A stretch of DNA of 64,000 bases. Origin: an uncultured Acidobacteriota bacterium. Its GTDB lineage: Bacteria; Acidobacteriota; UBA6911. Of the stretch, positions 1 to 10,349 are shown piece after piece. Positions within the stretch are counted from its first letter, which is position 1. Every line of letters begins with the position of its first letter. A model generated the notes under the pieces. The model was not told where the DNA came from. It made no database searches and worked only from the letters and a program-made list of their open reading frames with translations. A program made the position numbers and the translations under genes. Where the stretch lies: assembly GCA_963827655.1 (NCBI GenBank), contig CAWHCF010000042.1:1-64000 (forward strand), read 5' to 3'.

Positions 1-994
1 GCGCGCAAGCTTGCGCCGGGTGTTGCGGCAGCTTGCTGCCGCCGCGTGACTCGGAGGTGAGGTCGGCGAGCACCTGAGGGTAGTACTTTGGTGCCCCCCC
101 GCCTGGGCGGATGCGCCCACTCAGATCCCTTCCCAATTGGTCCTATCCGCCTATCAAGAATGGTCGCCTGCGCCGATGCACCGTCGGTGGCAACCATCTA
201 GAATGTTCCTTCGGAACGGTCGCTAGAGTTGACATAACGACTAATTCGCCGAAGTAGAGGGGTACAGTAAGCGGGCCTCGAATCGAAGTGCAGTTTATTT
301 CACCTCATAGGTGCGTCATCCTGAAAGAAAAATGGCGCGCTGCCTCATTACCAGTTTCGGGGACTCAAATTGATTCTGGTTGACGACGCACTGATCCGTC
401 GTCTTGAAGGATCGCCTGTCTTCAGAACATTGACGGGACTCTATCCGGTTCGGAGGGCTCATGCCAGATGATCGGACGTGGACGAAGTTCAGACACAATC
501 AGCCTAGCTTCGATGCTGTCGCCGCTGAGCGGGCACGCAAGGGAGAGGTTGTGCCGAGGCACAGGTACACCAATGGTTGTGTACACCTGGTGCTGGGGGC
601 TGGAGCCTTCATCTTGATTTTCACTATCCTGGCCGGAGCGTTGACCGCATTAGTCACCCAATAGAGAACCCAACCATACCTGCATTGTATGCCTCGAACA
701 AGCGACCTGCCTCGAACACGAAGCGGAGCTGGTGGGACACCACCTCGCGGCCTGGTCGGTTCAGATGTTAAGGTAACTCTGGAAATCGCAGCCGAAATTC
801 CGGTCGGCGCCCCGGGGGAACGTAGTCCGCACCGTGACCGAAAACGCGCGGACGCTGAAGTTTACGACCCACGGTTTCGAGACCGAATAGTTTTCTTCGC
901 GTCTTCGTGGTTACTTGCGACTTTCACGAACCGTCCGTCGCCGACCGGGCCGATGGCGGATTGTAAGGTGTATCCGCTGCATCCACGCCTGTGA

Positions 995-2356
995 TCAGTG
1001 GCACGGTTGCAGTGGAGACCGGTGAAGCTTGGCAAAAGCATTCCGGTGCAGGTCGCGGAGCACCTCTATCAAGATCGGCTTGGCCACCTCCCAGTCATCG
1101 ATACGGCCGGGCGTTCCTGTGGTCTTGAATCGGGCCGGTTGCACATTCCACTGGGAGGGAGCGTTCTCATTCTGGTCGAGGCCAAAACCGATCTTGGGTC
1201 GCGCGCTGTCGCGGCTGGCAGCCGGCCAGTAGCGGTCCGCGGTGGACGAAAACAGCCAGACCGGGAAATTCGAGCACAGCCCGCCATCCACAAACTCGAA
1301 GTTGCTGCCCCGCGGCTGGAACACGAAGGGAATGCTCATGGACCGCCGCACCGCTTCGGCGACTTCCATGGTGGGATGCTGCACGGAGTTATAGATCTCC
1401 ATCTGTCCCGTTTCCAGATTCGTCCCGATCATCGCCAGCGGAATCTTCAGATCGCTGAAATACACCCGCCGGTTGGCGTCATTGAACAGCTTTTGCCCGA
1501 ACAACCGGCGGAGTGTGTTCAGGCATTCCTGACCTTCGAATAGCGACCCTTCAAACAAGAACTGCGTAATCAGCGTCTCTAGCGGCTCGTTCATCGCTAC
1601 CGCCATCCAGACGGTGTCGGCGAATTGCGTGCGAAACGGCGCGGTGGCCGCGACTATCGGAACCAAGTCGCCGACCTGAGGAGGAGTGCGAGGATACCCG
1701 GAGGCCGTCAGGGCGGCGCCCAGCGCGGTTTTCAGCGGGTCAGTTTGATTGCCCGGTACCCTGCCGAACAATTCGCGGATCGTCAGATCACCAAGCACCG
1801 GCACATTCTTGAGACCGAAGTCCAGCACCCCATCCACCAGGCCATCGACAAGCTCAGTGCGCGATTTGATGGGCAAAGAAATCTTTGCGACTTCATCTAT
1901 CACCGTGCCCTTCACCACATTCCACAGCAGCGTTGAACGCCTGGCCTGGGTGCTGACTTGCGTGGGTGAGGGAACGTCGAGAAACGACATGAAGTCAATG
2001 GGCTGGTCAATCGCCGCCGGCAGCGTCGATGGCCGGGTCGTTGGCGTAAACGCCGAGCAGAGCCACTGGATCTCCGGGGGGGTAAAGCCGCCGGCAATCA
2101 TCGCGGCCGTGATCGATCCGGTCGAATTGCCTGCCACCCGTGCGAAGCCGATGGCATTATCATGCAGCACGCGAAGAGCGCCCACATATGCGGTACCCAA
2201 TGCGCCACCACCCTGGAACACGCCGTCAACCATGTGGCGTGGAGCCACAGAGGGTTTGTAGCTGGTTTGCGATTTTCGGATCGCGGCGGCCGACGGATGT
2301 GCAGCAATACGAAACGGGCGGCCCGCAAGGTTAGTGAAAGCTGGGTTTCGGCTCAT
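995..2356 (-). CDS. Patatin-like phospholipase (3' end possibly truncated or frameshifted)
   Basis: GGGALG oxyanion motif, GNSTG nucleophile elbow, RSMSIPFVF and FVDGG motifs. ATG at 2356 is preceded by GGAGGGG. Confidence 0.85.
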   Translation of the reverse strand: MSRNPAFTNLAGRPFRIAAHPSAAAIRKSQTSYKPSVAPRHMVDGVFQGGGALGTAYVGALRVLHDNAIGFARVAGNSTGSITAAMIAGGFTPPEIQWLCSAFTPTTRPSTLPAAIDQPIDFMSFLDVPSPTQVSTQARRSTLLWNVVKGTVIDEVAKISLPIKSRTELVDGLVDGVLDFGLKNVPVLGDLTIRELFGRVPGNQTDPLKTALGAALTASGYPRTPPQVGDLVPIVAATAPFRTQFADTVWMAVAMNEPLETLITQFLFEGSLFEGQECLNTLRRLFGQKLFNDANRRVYFSDLKIPLAMIGTNLETGQMEIYNSVQHPTMEVAEAVRRSMSIPFVFQPRGSNFEFVDGGLCSNFPVWLFSSTADRYWPAASRDSARPKIGFGLDQNENAPSQWNVQPARFKTTGTPGRIDDWEVAKPILIEVLRDLHRNAFAKLHRSPLQPCH

Positions 2357-2503
2357 TTCCCCTCCATCAAAACTCAAAATGTTGTGAGATCTGTATTCTG
2401 CTGCAGAGATGACGGGGCCGGAGTCTACCCTTGTGCGCCGGAAAATTCCATCTGAAAGAAGCCTGGAGGCAACGGGAATCCCGTTCGCGGGCTTCAAGTA
2501 CCA

Positions 2504-2980
2504 TCACCCTGAAAACAAGCGGGGATCAATCTCAATGGCCGATGGCGGACCGATACTGATCTTGGGAAATAACGGATGCTTCGGATTCAGCAGGAGGTTC
2601 CTTTCCATCGGAACGATGACCGAAGGAACCGACACAACCACGTGCTGACCTTCAATCATCCACTTCGTTCCCATCTCCTGGGTTGACTTGGGCCAGGGAA
2701 TTTCCTTCCAGTTCTTTGGGAGGTCTGAGTCCCGGGCTTCGAATCGGGGCACCGTTTCCGGCACATCAGCCCAACGGTATTCAAGGTTCAGCCGGGTGAG
2801 ATCTGCAACCTCCGGGTCAAAGTGAACGAAAAATTCCAGCAGACAAAGGGATAGCGTAGAGCAGGTGTACACCATCGCGGTTCCGGGAAGGTTCCAGCGC
2901 GCGCCGGTGATTCTGGCCCCTTCGCCCGTGAATGCCGTGTCCCGCCGCCGCTTGCGGTAGAGGCGGTAGACCCGCATCAA
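2504..2980 (-). CDS. RES-domain toxin (NAD+ phosphorylase family)
   Basis: AFTGEGARITGARWN...Y..STLSL..LEF.VH...VPSVIVP.ERN.LLNP.H signature; overlaps the antitoxin stop. Confidence 0.92.
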   Translation of the reverse strand: MMRVYRLYRKRRRDTAFTGEGARITGARWNLPGTAMVYTCSTLSLCLLEFFVHFDPEVADLTRLNLEYRWADVPETVPRFEARDSDLPKNWKEIPWPKSTQEMGTKWMIEGQHVVVSVPSVIVPMERNLLLNPKHPLFPKISIGPPSAIEIDPRLFSG

Positions 2981-3411
2981 CTCAGGTCGCCCCAGTCGAT
3001 GTGACTGAGGAGAGCCTCAACCCGCCTGGCGCCCAGGTCGGTGCTGACATACTGGAGCGGTGGAGAGCCACCCAAAGCGCGGTTAGGGTGACGTAACCAG
3101 GCCATGGCATTCTCTTCGCCGCCCAGCACATCGATCGCCTGAGACGTCACGCGTAGCAGCCGCGACAAGCGATCAGATTCGTCGGACCGAAGCCGTTTCT
3201 GAGATTTTCGGCGAATGAGGGTTCGCGGATGAATATCAATCGCCTGGGACAGCTCGCTGTCGGAAAGATGAAGCCGCCGCTTCACTGCTTCCAGGGCGCG
3301 ATACGGCAGCCCTTCTTGAAGCGAAAGTACCAGTTCCTTCTCGGAAGAGACGCGGCGGCCGAGCACTCGCGCCCCGCCGAGCAGGTCAATGACTGTGGCT
3401 GCCGTTTTCAT
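2977..3411 (-). CDS. Xre/MbcA/ParS-type antitoxin
   Basis: GLPY..L, HTH region RTLIRRK, ESDRL.R and WL..PN.ALGG..PL; lies directly upstream of the RES toxin. Confidence 0.92.
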   Translation of the reverse strand: MKTAATVIDLLGGARVLGRRVSSEKELVLSLQEGLPYRALEAVKRRLHLSDSELSQAIDIHPRTLIRRKSQKRLRSDESDRLSRLLRVTSQAIDVLGGEENAMAWLRHPNRALGGSPPLQYVSTDLGARRVEALLSHIDWGDLS

Positions 3412-3425
3412 GAGGTCCTCGATAA

Positions 3426-3458
3426 GACAATTGTCACTACCTCACTATGCCATTTGTC
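3426..3458. promoter_or_regulatory. Putative autoregulatory operator of the Xre-RES module
   Basis: Palindrome GACAATTGTC (3426-3435) and a degenerate copy GCCATTTGTC (3449-3458) just upstream of the antitoxin start. Confidence 0.45.
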
Positions 3459-3600
3459 GGTATGCGATTCAAGCGAGCGGAACAAAAGACTAACCACAAA
3501 GACGCGAAGGCACGAAGAGTCCTTTGACGTCTCATTCGTGCGCTGTAGTATCATTCAAGGGTAGCGCCGCTTTGGCAACGAATCGCACACGGAGACTCCA

Positions 3601-4908
3601 ATGAAATCGTTTTCTACTCTATTCCTGGTAGTCGTTTGCGCCTGCACGGCGCTTGCCCAGGAACGTCCGCGAGCATTCACGGGCGCGCAGATCATACCTG
3701 TCTCAGGCCAGCCCATTCCGAGCGGTGTGCTTGTCGTCCAACGCGGCAAGATCGTCGCAGTTGGCCCCTCTGGCTCGACCAGCATCCCAGCGGATGCAGA
3801 ACGAGTTGACGTTACGGGAAAGGTCATAATGCCCGGCCTGATCGATACTCACAGCCATATCGGAGGAGGCTCGGGCGCTGACGGGTCAGCTCCGCTTCAA
3901 CCGGATGTGCGCTTGCTCGACTCGTTCGATCCCCGGGACACAAGCCTGAAGCGCGCTCGAGCCGGAGGGTTGACCACCGTCAACGTAATGCCGGGTTCGG
4001 GACATCTGCTCAGCGGCCAGACTCTTTACCTCAAGCTCCGCAACGCAACGATCATCGATGACCTGCTGATCCGCGACGCGCAGGGCACAATCGCCGGCGG
4101 CATCAAGATGGCTAACGGTACCAACTCCGTGCGCGCCGGCAGCGCGGGTCCATTCCCTGGAACAAGGTCGAAGTCGGCAGCTTTGCAACGCGAGATGTTC
4201 ATCAAGGCGCAAGCCTATCGGGACAAGATTCAAAAGGCACAGGGCGACAAGGAGAAGATGCCGGCGCGCGACCTCGCCCTGGAAGCTCTGGCGGATGTTC
4301 TCGACGGCAAGCGGGTTGTCCAGTTTCATAGCCACCGGCAGGACGACATCCTGACGGTCCTCCGTCTTTCAAAAGAGTTCGGGTTCCGCGTTGTGCTGCA
4401 GCATGTTTCTGAAGGTTGGAAAGTCGCGCAGGAAATCGCCAAGGCCGGCGTGCCGTGCTCGATCATCAACGTCGACGCGCCCGGCGGAAAGATCGAGACC
4501 ATCAACCTGTCCCTTGAAAACGCAAAGATACTCGATAGCGCGGGAGCACTTGTCGGGTTTCACACTGACGACTACATCACCGACTCGCGCCTCTTTCTCA
4601 GATCGGCAGCGCTGGCAGTTCGCGCCGGCCTATCGCGCGAGAAAGCGCTTTACGGACTGACCATGGCTGGGGCGCGAATGCTGGATCTTTCGCCTCGCAT
4701 CGGTTCGCTCGAAACGGGAAAGGACGCAGATTTCATCGTTCTTTCAGGTGATCCATTGAGTGTTTACACCAAAGTGCTCGAAACGTGGGTTGAGGGCGTG
4801 AGAGTCTTCGATCGAAGCCGCCCGGAAGATCTCCTGTACGCCGTCGGGGGCTATGGCGCCGGCCGTGACGGCCAGCACATGCACGAAGAGGAAGGAGAGT
4901 GGAAATGA
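3601..4908 (+). CDS. Secreted amidohydrolase-family protein
   Basis: Signal peptide, PGLIDTHSH metal motif, GSLETGKDAD C-terminus. Confidence 0.9.
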   Translation: MKSFSTLFLVVVCACTALAQERPRAFTGAQIIPVSGQPIPSGVLVVQRGKIVAVGPSGSTSIPADAERVDVTGKVIMPGLIDTHSHIGGGSGADGSAPLQPDVRLLDSFDPRDTSLKRARAGGLTTVNVMPGSGHLLSGQTLYLKLRNATIIDDLLIRDAQGTIAGGIKMANGTNSVRAGSAGPFPGTRSKSAALQREMFIKAQAYRDKIQKAQGDKEKMPARDLALEALADVLDGKRVVQFHSHRQDDILTVLRLSKEFGFRVVLQHVSEGWKVAQEIAKAGVPCSIINVDAPGGKIETINLSLENAKILDSAGALVGFHTDDYITDSRLFLRSAALAVRAGLSREKALYGLTMAGARMLDLSPRIGSLETGKDADFIVLSGDPLSVYTKVLETWVEGVRVFDRSRPEDLLYAVGGYGAGRDGQHMHEEEGEWK

Positions 4909-6125
4909 TCAAGCGCTTCTCTCTGCTGCTCCTGGTTCCCGTCATTTGCATTGCAACCAGCAATCTCCTCGCTCAGGTGGCTGTGCGCGCCGAGACCATC
5001 TACACGATGTCCGGTGAGCCGATCAGGAATGGTGTGATACTCATACGTGACGGCAAGATAGAACGCGTCGGGTCCGCGGCCGCGGCCGTCATTCCCTCGC
5101 AATACCGCATTCTCACGGCAAAGGTCGTCACTCCGGGACTCATCGATGCGCACACTGTCGTCGGCCTGGCGGGATATCTCAATCAGCCGCAAGATCAGGA
5201 TCAACTCGAGACGTCGGCGGCGATACAACCTGAGCTGCGAGCAATCGACTCGTACAACTCGCGTGAAAAACTGGTTGAATACCTGCGCAGCTTCGGCGTG
5301 ACAACTATTCATACGGGACACGGTCCCGGGGCGCTGGTCTCCGGACAGACGATGGTCGTCAAGACAGTCGAAGGTGGAGGGGACGAGGCCGTCCTTGTGC
5401 CCGAGTCGATGGTCGCGGTGACGCTTGGCAATGCCGGTCTCGCCGGTGCAGGGCGGACGCCGGGCACGAGATCGAAATCGATCGCGCTCTTGCGTGCAGA
5501 GCTCATCAAAGCGCAGGAGTATCAGACCAAGATGGACTCGTCGCCGGCAGATAAAAAGCCGGATCGCAGCCTGAGGTCGGACACGCTCGGACGCGTCATC
5601 AAACGCGAAATCCCCCTGCTCGTCACCGCCAACCGTGCGACTGATATTCTGGCTGCGTTGCGCCTCGCGAAAGAGTTCAATATCCGGATCGTTCTCGATG
5701 GGGCTGCCGATGCTTATCTGCTGATCGACCAGATAAAGGCGGCAGGAGTTCCGGTGATCGTGCACGCAACCATGGCTCGGGCCCGAGGCGAAACAGAGAA
5801 TCTGACGGTCGAGAACGCGTCCATCCTCACCAAGGCCGGGATTCCCGTGGCGCTTCAGAGCGGCTACGAAAGCTACGTGCCCAAGACGCGAGTGGTACTG
5901 TTTGAGGCAGGCGTTGCGGCAGCTAATGGTCTATCCTTTGAACAGTCTCTGGACACCGTAACGATGGGCGCGGCGAAAATCCTCGGCATCGCGAACCGCG
6001 TCGGATCGATCGAAGCCGGCAAAGATGGTGACCTCGCGCTCTTTGACGGAGATCCGTTTGAATATACGTCCCACGTCGTTGGAGTCGTGATCAACGGGCA
6101 GATAGTCAGCCAGGAAGTGAAATGA
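4905..6125 (+). CDS. Secreted amidohydrolase-family protein (paralogue, ATGA-coupled)
   Basis: Signal peptide, PGLIDAHT, GSIEAGKDGDL. Confidence 0.9.
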   Translation: MIKRFSLLLLVPVICIATSNLLAQVAVRAETIYTMSGEPIRNGVILIRDGKIERVGSAAAAVIPSQYRILTAKVVTPGLIDAHTVVGLAGYLNQPQDQDQLETSAAIQPELRAIDSYNSREKLVEYLRSFGVTTIHTGHGPGALVSGQTMVVKTVEGGGDEAVLVPESMVAVTLGNAGLAGAGRTPGTRSKSIALLRAELIKAQEYQTKMDSSPADKKPDRSLRSDTLGRVIKREIPLLVTANRATDILAALRLAKEFNIRIVLDGAADAYLLIDQIKAAGVPVIVHATMARARGETENLTVENASILTKAGIPVALQSGYESYVPKTRVVLFEAGVAAANGLSFEQSLDTVTMGAAKILGIANRVGSIEAGKDGDLALFDGDPFEYTSHVVGVVINGQIVSQEVK

Positions 6126-6165
6126 AGTCTAACCACGAAGACACGAAGACACGAGAAACAACGCC

Positions 6166-7807
6166 TCATTTCAATTTTCCTTCCTGGAGCAATACAACCC
6201 AGTCCTGCTGATCGGGCGGTCTGTAGTGAAACGGCATCGCCCCGTTCGGCTTCGAAAGATCCGTAAACTCACCCGTCCGTGGATTGAACTGGCGCGCCGT
6301 GTAATGGCCCCCTTCCAGCGTTAATTCCATTGAGTCCGCCAGACCGCGTGCGTAAAGCACGTACTGCTTTCCCGGCTGAGCAAGGCACCAGTAGGTGGCA
6401 ACAGGAGGAATCGTTCGCTCGAATTCCTTGGCCTCCGCGCCTCGCGGAGTGTTGCACCGGATCAGCTCATCGTGCGGTTCCAGTTTCCAATATTCCATCC
6501 CGGTGAAAAGGCGCTGGATCAGGCCAATCTGCCGCTCCCAATCCTTGTTCTTCGAGGCATTGAGATCGAATGGCCCAGGGTCGCGGTGCCCTCCAAAGTA
6601 GGTTGTCCCGAAACCCGTCACGACGTAAGCGCCAGCCATCACGATGTCCCAGGTCGCGTTGCGAATGGCGGCCAGGCTCGTGCTGTTGTCCTTGTCAGGC
6701 GTCCCGTCGCCGTTTTGATCGCGCAGGTGGTAGCCATATTCGGAATTGACCACCGGCTTATTGAAGCGGCGGGATTCCAGAGCTCGGACGTGCAGGTCAT
6801 GATAGTTCTGCTGATAGTCGCCGAACGACATCCATGCCGCGTCGTTGAACTCGCGCGTGCTACCGTGCGGAGTCATCGGGTGAATGCCCATCATGCGCCC
6901 CTGCGGGTTGGCTGCGCTGAGGGCGTTTCCAATCTCGATGAATTCCTTCTTCAACTCCGCTTCAGTGCTGGGCCGCGTCCTCACTTCGCCATGCCATTCG
7001 CCGGAGACCAGGAAGTAAACATCGTACGCGCCATAACGGGCCGCAACATAGCGGGCGTAACGTTTGCGGGCTTCGAGGCCGGGAAACATCCGCCAGGCAA
7101 ACGGTTCCTGCTTTCGTTTGTCGGCCCACGCCACGGCCAGGCCGACCACAATGCCTTTGCTGTTGGCATAAGCAATCCGCTGGTCCACCTGCTGCCAATA
7201 TCCTGGATTCAGTTTCTCGGCGGATAGATCGATCCAGGGTTTGCCGCCAGAATTGCCATCCCCGACCTCGCTCAGCATCATGCAATGGATGACGTTGAAA
7301 CCCTGTGCCGCCCGAGCATCCAGGTAGCGCAGCGCCCCAACCCCATCGTACTTTTCCTCCCGGCTGTCGTGAAAAAACGCCCAGGCCGTGTCGCCCATGA
7401 ACCAGAATCGTGAGCCATCCTGTCGCTCGAAGTGGTAAGGAGAATCTCGCATGGGACGAATAGTTCCCTTCCGCTTGGATCTCGCTGCCGTGAAAGCGCC
7501 TGCTTTCCCGTTCAGGCCCCCATCGCCGCTCTTGACTGTCCACTGCCACTTCCCCGGCTTGTCGGGCGAGAAACGCAACTTCCACAGCCGAGCCGCCATC
7601 CCAGAACAGCGGCAACATGCGCGTGGTCTTACCGTCCGGCTCGGTCAGGGTGGCAGTCGGCAATCAGTTCCTTGTAGGGATTAGTGTAGTTGCCTTCGGA
7701 TTTCAACGTGACTTCGTGCACGCTGAACATGGGAATATCAGCGCCGCGAATTGGGGCGTGAGCGTGACCCCGAGTGCCAATGTGACAAGTATTGCGGCCG
7801 GTTTCAT
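6166..7807 (-). CDS. DUF5060/DUF4038 (apiosidase-like) putative glycoside hydrolase; about 3 frameshifts in the 5' part
   Basis: Joined frames give a signal peptide, NPY...FWDGG..WKLRFSP..G.W.W, FWFMGDTAW and KPVVNSEYGY. Confidence 0.75.
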
Positions 7808-7868
7808 TTTCATCTGGCTTCCTGACCACCACAAAGACGCCAAGACACGAAGGAACACAAGATGCGTC

Positions 7869-10187
7869 TTAGCGGCTTCGCGGTTGAATTTGCTTCAGCT
7901 CGGCTGCGCGCCGGAAGTGCTGCTCGGCTTCACGCTTTTTTCCCTGACTCGCAAGCGCGGCGCCCAGGTTAAAATGCGCTACGGCAAGCTCGGGGCTCAG
8001 CTGGATTGCCCGCCGGTAGTGACGAATCGCGTCCTCAGTCTTTCCCGCAATGGCTAACATGTCCCCGAGGGCATTGTGCGCGTCGGCCCGATCCGGGTCG
8101 AGCCGGACGGCTTCCTCTAACTGGCCCCGCGCTTTCTCGAACATCTCCCTTTGGCCGAGCACAAGAGCGTAGTCATAGCGCGCGGCCGCATACTTCGGGT
8201 CTAACTGAATCGCCTTCTCGAAATGGTATTCCGCCGCGCGGAAATCGCCGCGGGCGGCAATCAGGTTGGCCAGGTTGGTATGGGCGGCCCCGAAATCGGG
8301 CTGCACCCGGATGGCAGCCCTGAACGCGGTTTCCGCCGCAGCTCGATCGCCGAGCTCCGACAGGCTTCCTCCGAGATTGTTGTAGGCCTGAGGCATATCG
8401 GGATCGAGCTTGACCACCTTCTGCAACGCCGTCACGGCATCAGCGACTCGCCCTTGCCTGCGGTATACCAGGGCCAGATCATTCAGCATCGTGGCATCTT
8501 GCGGCGTGAGCCGAGTCGCGCCTTCAAGCACTTCCACTGCTCGAGACAGCTGGCCCGCCTTTGCCAGCGCTACCCCCAGCTTGTGCTGAGCCGGCCGAAA
8601 GTCAGGCTTCAGCCCAAGCGCCCGTTGGTATAAAGAAATTGCCTTCTCGCCCTGGCCGCTCTCGGAGTAAGCCTCGGCCAAATCAAAATAGAATTCCGGC
8701 TGTTCCGGCCGGTGCTTTTCAATCGCCGCCTCGAGAAGCGCGACCCCTTTCTTCAAGTTGGTCTTCTGCTTCACCTGAGCCACAGCCACGTACAGCTCGC
8801 GGTCGGCGACGGAAGGGAGTTGCGGCGGGTAGTACAGGACAACTTCTCCCTTGTAGCCGGTCTGTTCCGTTTCACGTCTCTCCTCGAGCGGCGCGAGCAG
8901 ATCAACTGCCGGCTTACGCCGTTGGATGTAGTGATCGGTCATGACGACGTGCACCACATCTTCGGTGCGCCGCTTGGGCATATGGCAGCCCAGACAATCG
9001 CGAGATTTGGTGTGACGTCCCGCGGCTACCAGCTTGTCGAGCGGCGCGCCATGACATCCCTGACAGACGCCCACGTAGTGCCTGGTCGCGCGCTCGCCCC
9101 GCGGCACATCGTGAGGATCGTGGCAGGTGGTGCAAGTCAGAGAGCCGGCCGATTTCTGAAAACAGGCCGATTTGCGCAGGCGATAGGCCTGATGGGCGAT
9201 TTCGAACTTGTCGTCATGACCGGTCCCCTGCGCGTGGTCGAAATGCAGCATGTAGCCGGCCAGCGGCTCACCCGGACGGTAGGAAAAAACCCCGCGGTCG
9301 TATCGCGTGATGGAATAAGGAAGGCGGAAGCTGGTCGATTCGAGATGACATTGCATGCAGACTTCCAGACGCCTCTCGGGATCCAGGCGCGCCGGGTTGA
9401 CGATCGAGCCTCGTATCGTTTCTACTGTCGCATCCTCCGCCTGGGCGGCCTGAGTGTGGCCGCGTCCCGGTCCGTGGCAGCGCTGGCAGTCAATCCCTTC
9501 CCGGATCTCTCCGCTGAAGACCGGCTCCATCCCACTGGCATCGGAACCCGGTGCGATGGCCGGATAGCCGTTGTGGCAAAACATGCAGCCGAACGTGATC
9601 CTGCGTCGAAAATCCTGATGATCCGGACGGTCGTAGCCCGGATTCATTCCCCAGTGCCCCCCTTTTTCGCTGTACCAGGCGACCGGAAGTTCCACGATCT
9701 TCCCGTCCTCCGTTCTGTGGAGGTAGGTTCGAGCGTGATTGCCCGATCCGATTACGAAGTGAATCTCTTTCTCGACGACGTTGGTCTCCTTGCCGTCGAA
9801 ATCGGCTTGATGCCGGCGCTGATAGTATTTCCCATCCCGCTGAACCATCGTGTAATGACGATCGGAAGCGGGGTGATAAAAGGTCCGCCCATAATCCTCG
9901 ACGGTGTTGGCTGGACGCGGTCGAGACAATGATCTACCCATTCCGGTCTGCCGGTAGGTCTTGTCGATCTCAGGATGACAGGCGGCGCAGACTGCGGAAT
10001 CGATGTAGCCGGCGTCGGTCCCGCCGAACTGGAGGCGGGGTTCACTCGACCGGTTCCCGGGGATATCGGGTCCTCGCCGGTCCCGCGCATGAAAATGAAA
10101 AATCACGACGCCGGCTAACAGTCCCGCGACAGACACTCCCAGCAGCCATTTCCAATGCCTGCCCACAGGGCCAGCTGTCCAATTCAT
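7869..10187 (-). CDS. Multihaem cytochrome c (7 CxxCH) with C-terminal TPR repeats
   Basis: CAACH, CMFCH, CQRCH, CMQCH, CTTCH, CQGCH, CLGCH; N-terminal TM helix; C-terminal TPR array. Confidence 0.88.
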   Translation of the reverse strand: MNWTAGPVGRHWKWLLGVSVAGLLAGVVIFHFHARDRRGPDIPGNRSSEPRLQFGGTDAGYIDSAVCAACHPEIDKTYRQTGMGRSLSRPRPANTVEDYGRTFYHPASDRHYTMVQRDGKYYQRRHQADFDGKETNVVEKEIHFVIGSGNHARTYLHRTEDGKIVELPVAWYSEKGGHWGMNPGYDRPDHQDFRRRITFGCMFCHNGYPAIAPGSDASGMEPVFSGEIREGIDCQRCHGPGRGHTQAAQAEDATVETIRGSIVNPARLDPERRLEVCMQCHLESTSFRLPYSITRYDRGVFSYRPGEPLAGYMLHFDHAQGTGHDDKFEIAHQAYRLRKSACFQKSAGSLTCTTCHDPHDVPRGERATRHYVGVCQGCHGAPLDKLVAAGRHTKSRDCLGCHMPKRRTEDVVHVVMTDHYIQRRKPAVDLLAPLEERRETEQTGYKGEVVLYYPPQLPSVADRELYVAVAQVKQKTNLKKGVALLEAAIEKHRPEQPEFYFDLAEAYSESGQGEKAISLYQRALGLKPDFRPAQHKLGVALAKAGQLSRAVEVLEGATRLTPQDATMLNDLALVYRRQGRVADAVTALQKVVKLDPDMPQAYNNLGGSLSELGDRAAAETAFRAAIRVQPDFGAAHTNLANLIAARGDFRAAEYHFEKAIQLDPKYAAARYDYALVLGQREMFEKARGQLEEAVRLDPDRADAHNALGDMLAIAGKTEDAIRHYRRAIQLSPELAVAHFNLGAALASQGKKREAEQHFRRAAELKQIQPRSR

Positions 10188-10349
10188 CGATCCAGGGCGT
10201 CCTAACCACGAAGACACGAAGACACAAAGAAACGCCAAGAACTTTTGTGCTATAGTACATCATCTTACATTGTGGTCCGATGACCAACCCGCGAGAGAAG
10301 TTCACGCATTCTCCCTTCCAGGTTCAGGTGCCTTCAACAAGGAGGAAGC

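Noticed and set aside
1-890. Short ORFs such as 461-664 (hydrophobic C-terminus) and 689-994
   Set aside because: No recognisable family or convincing start signals, so they cannot be supported.
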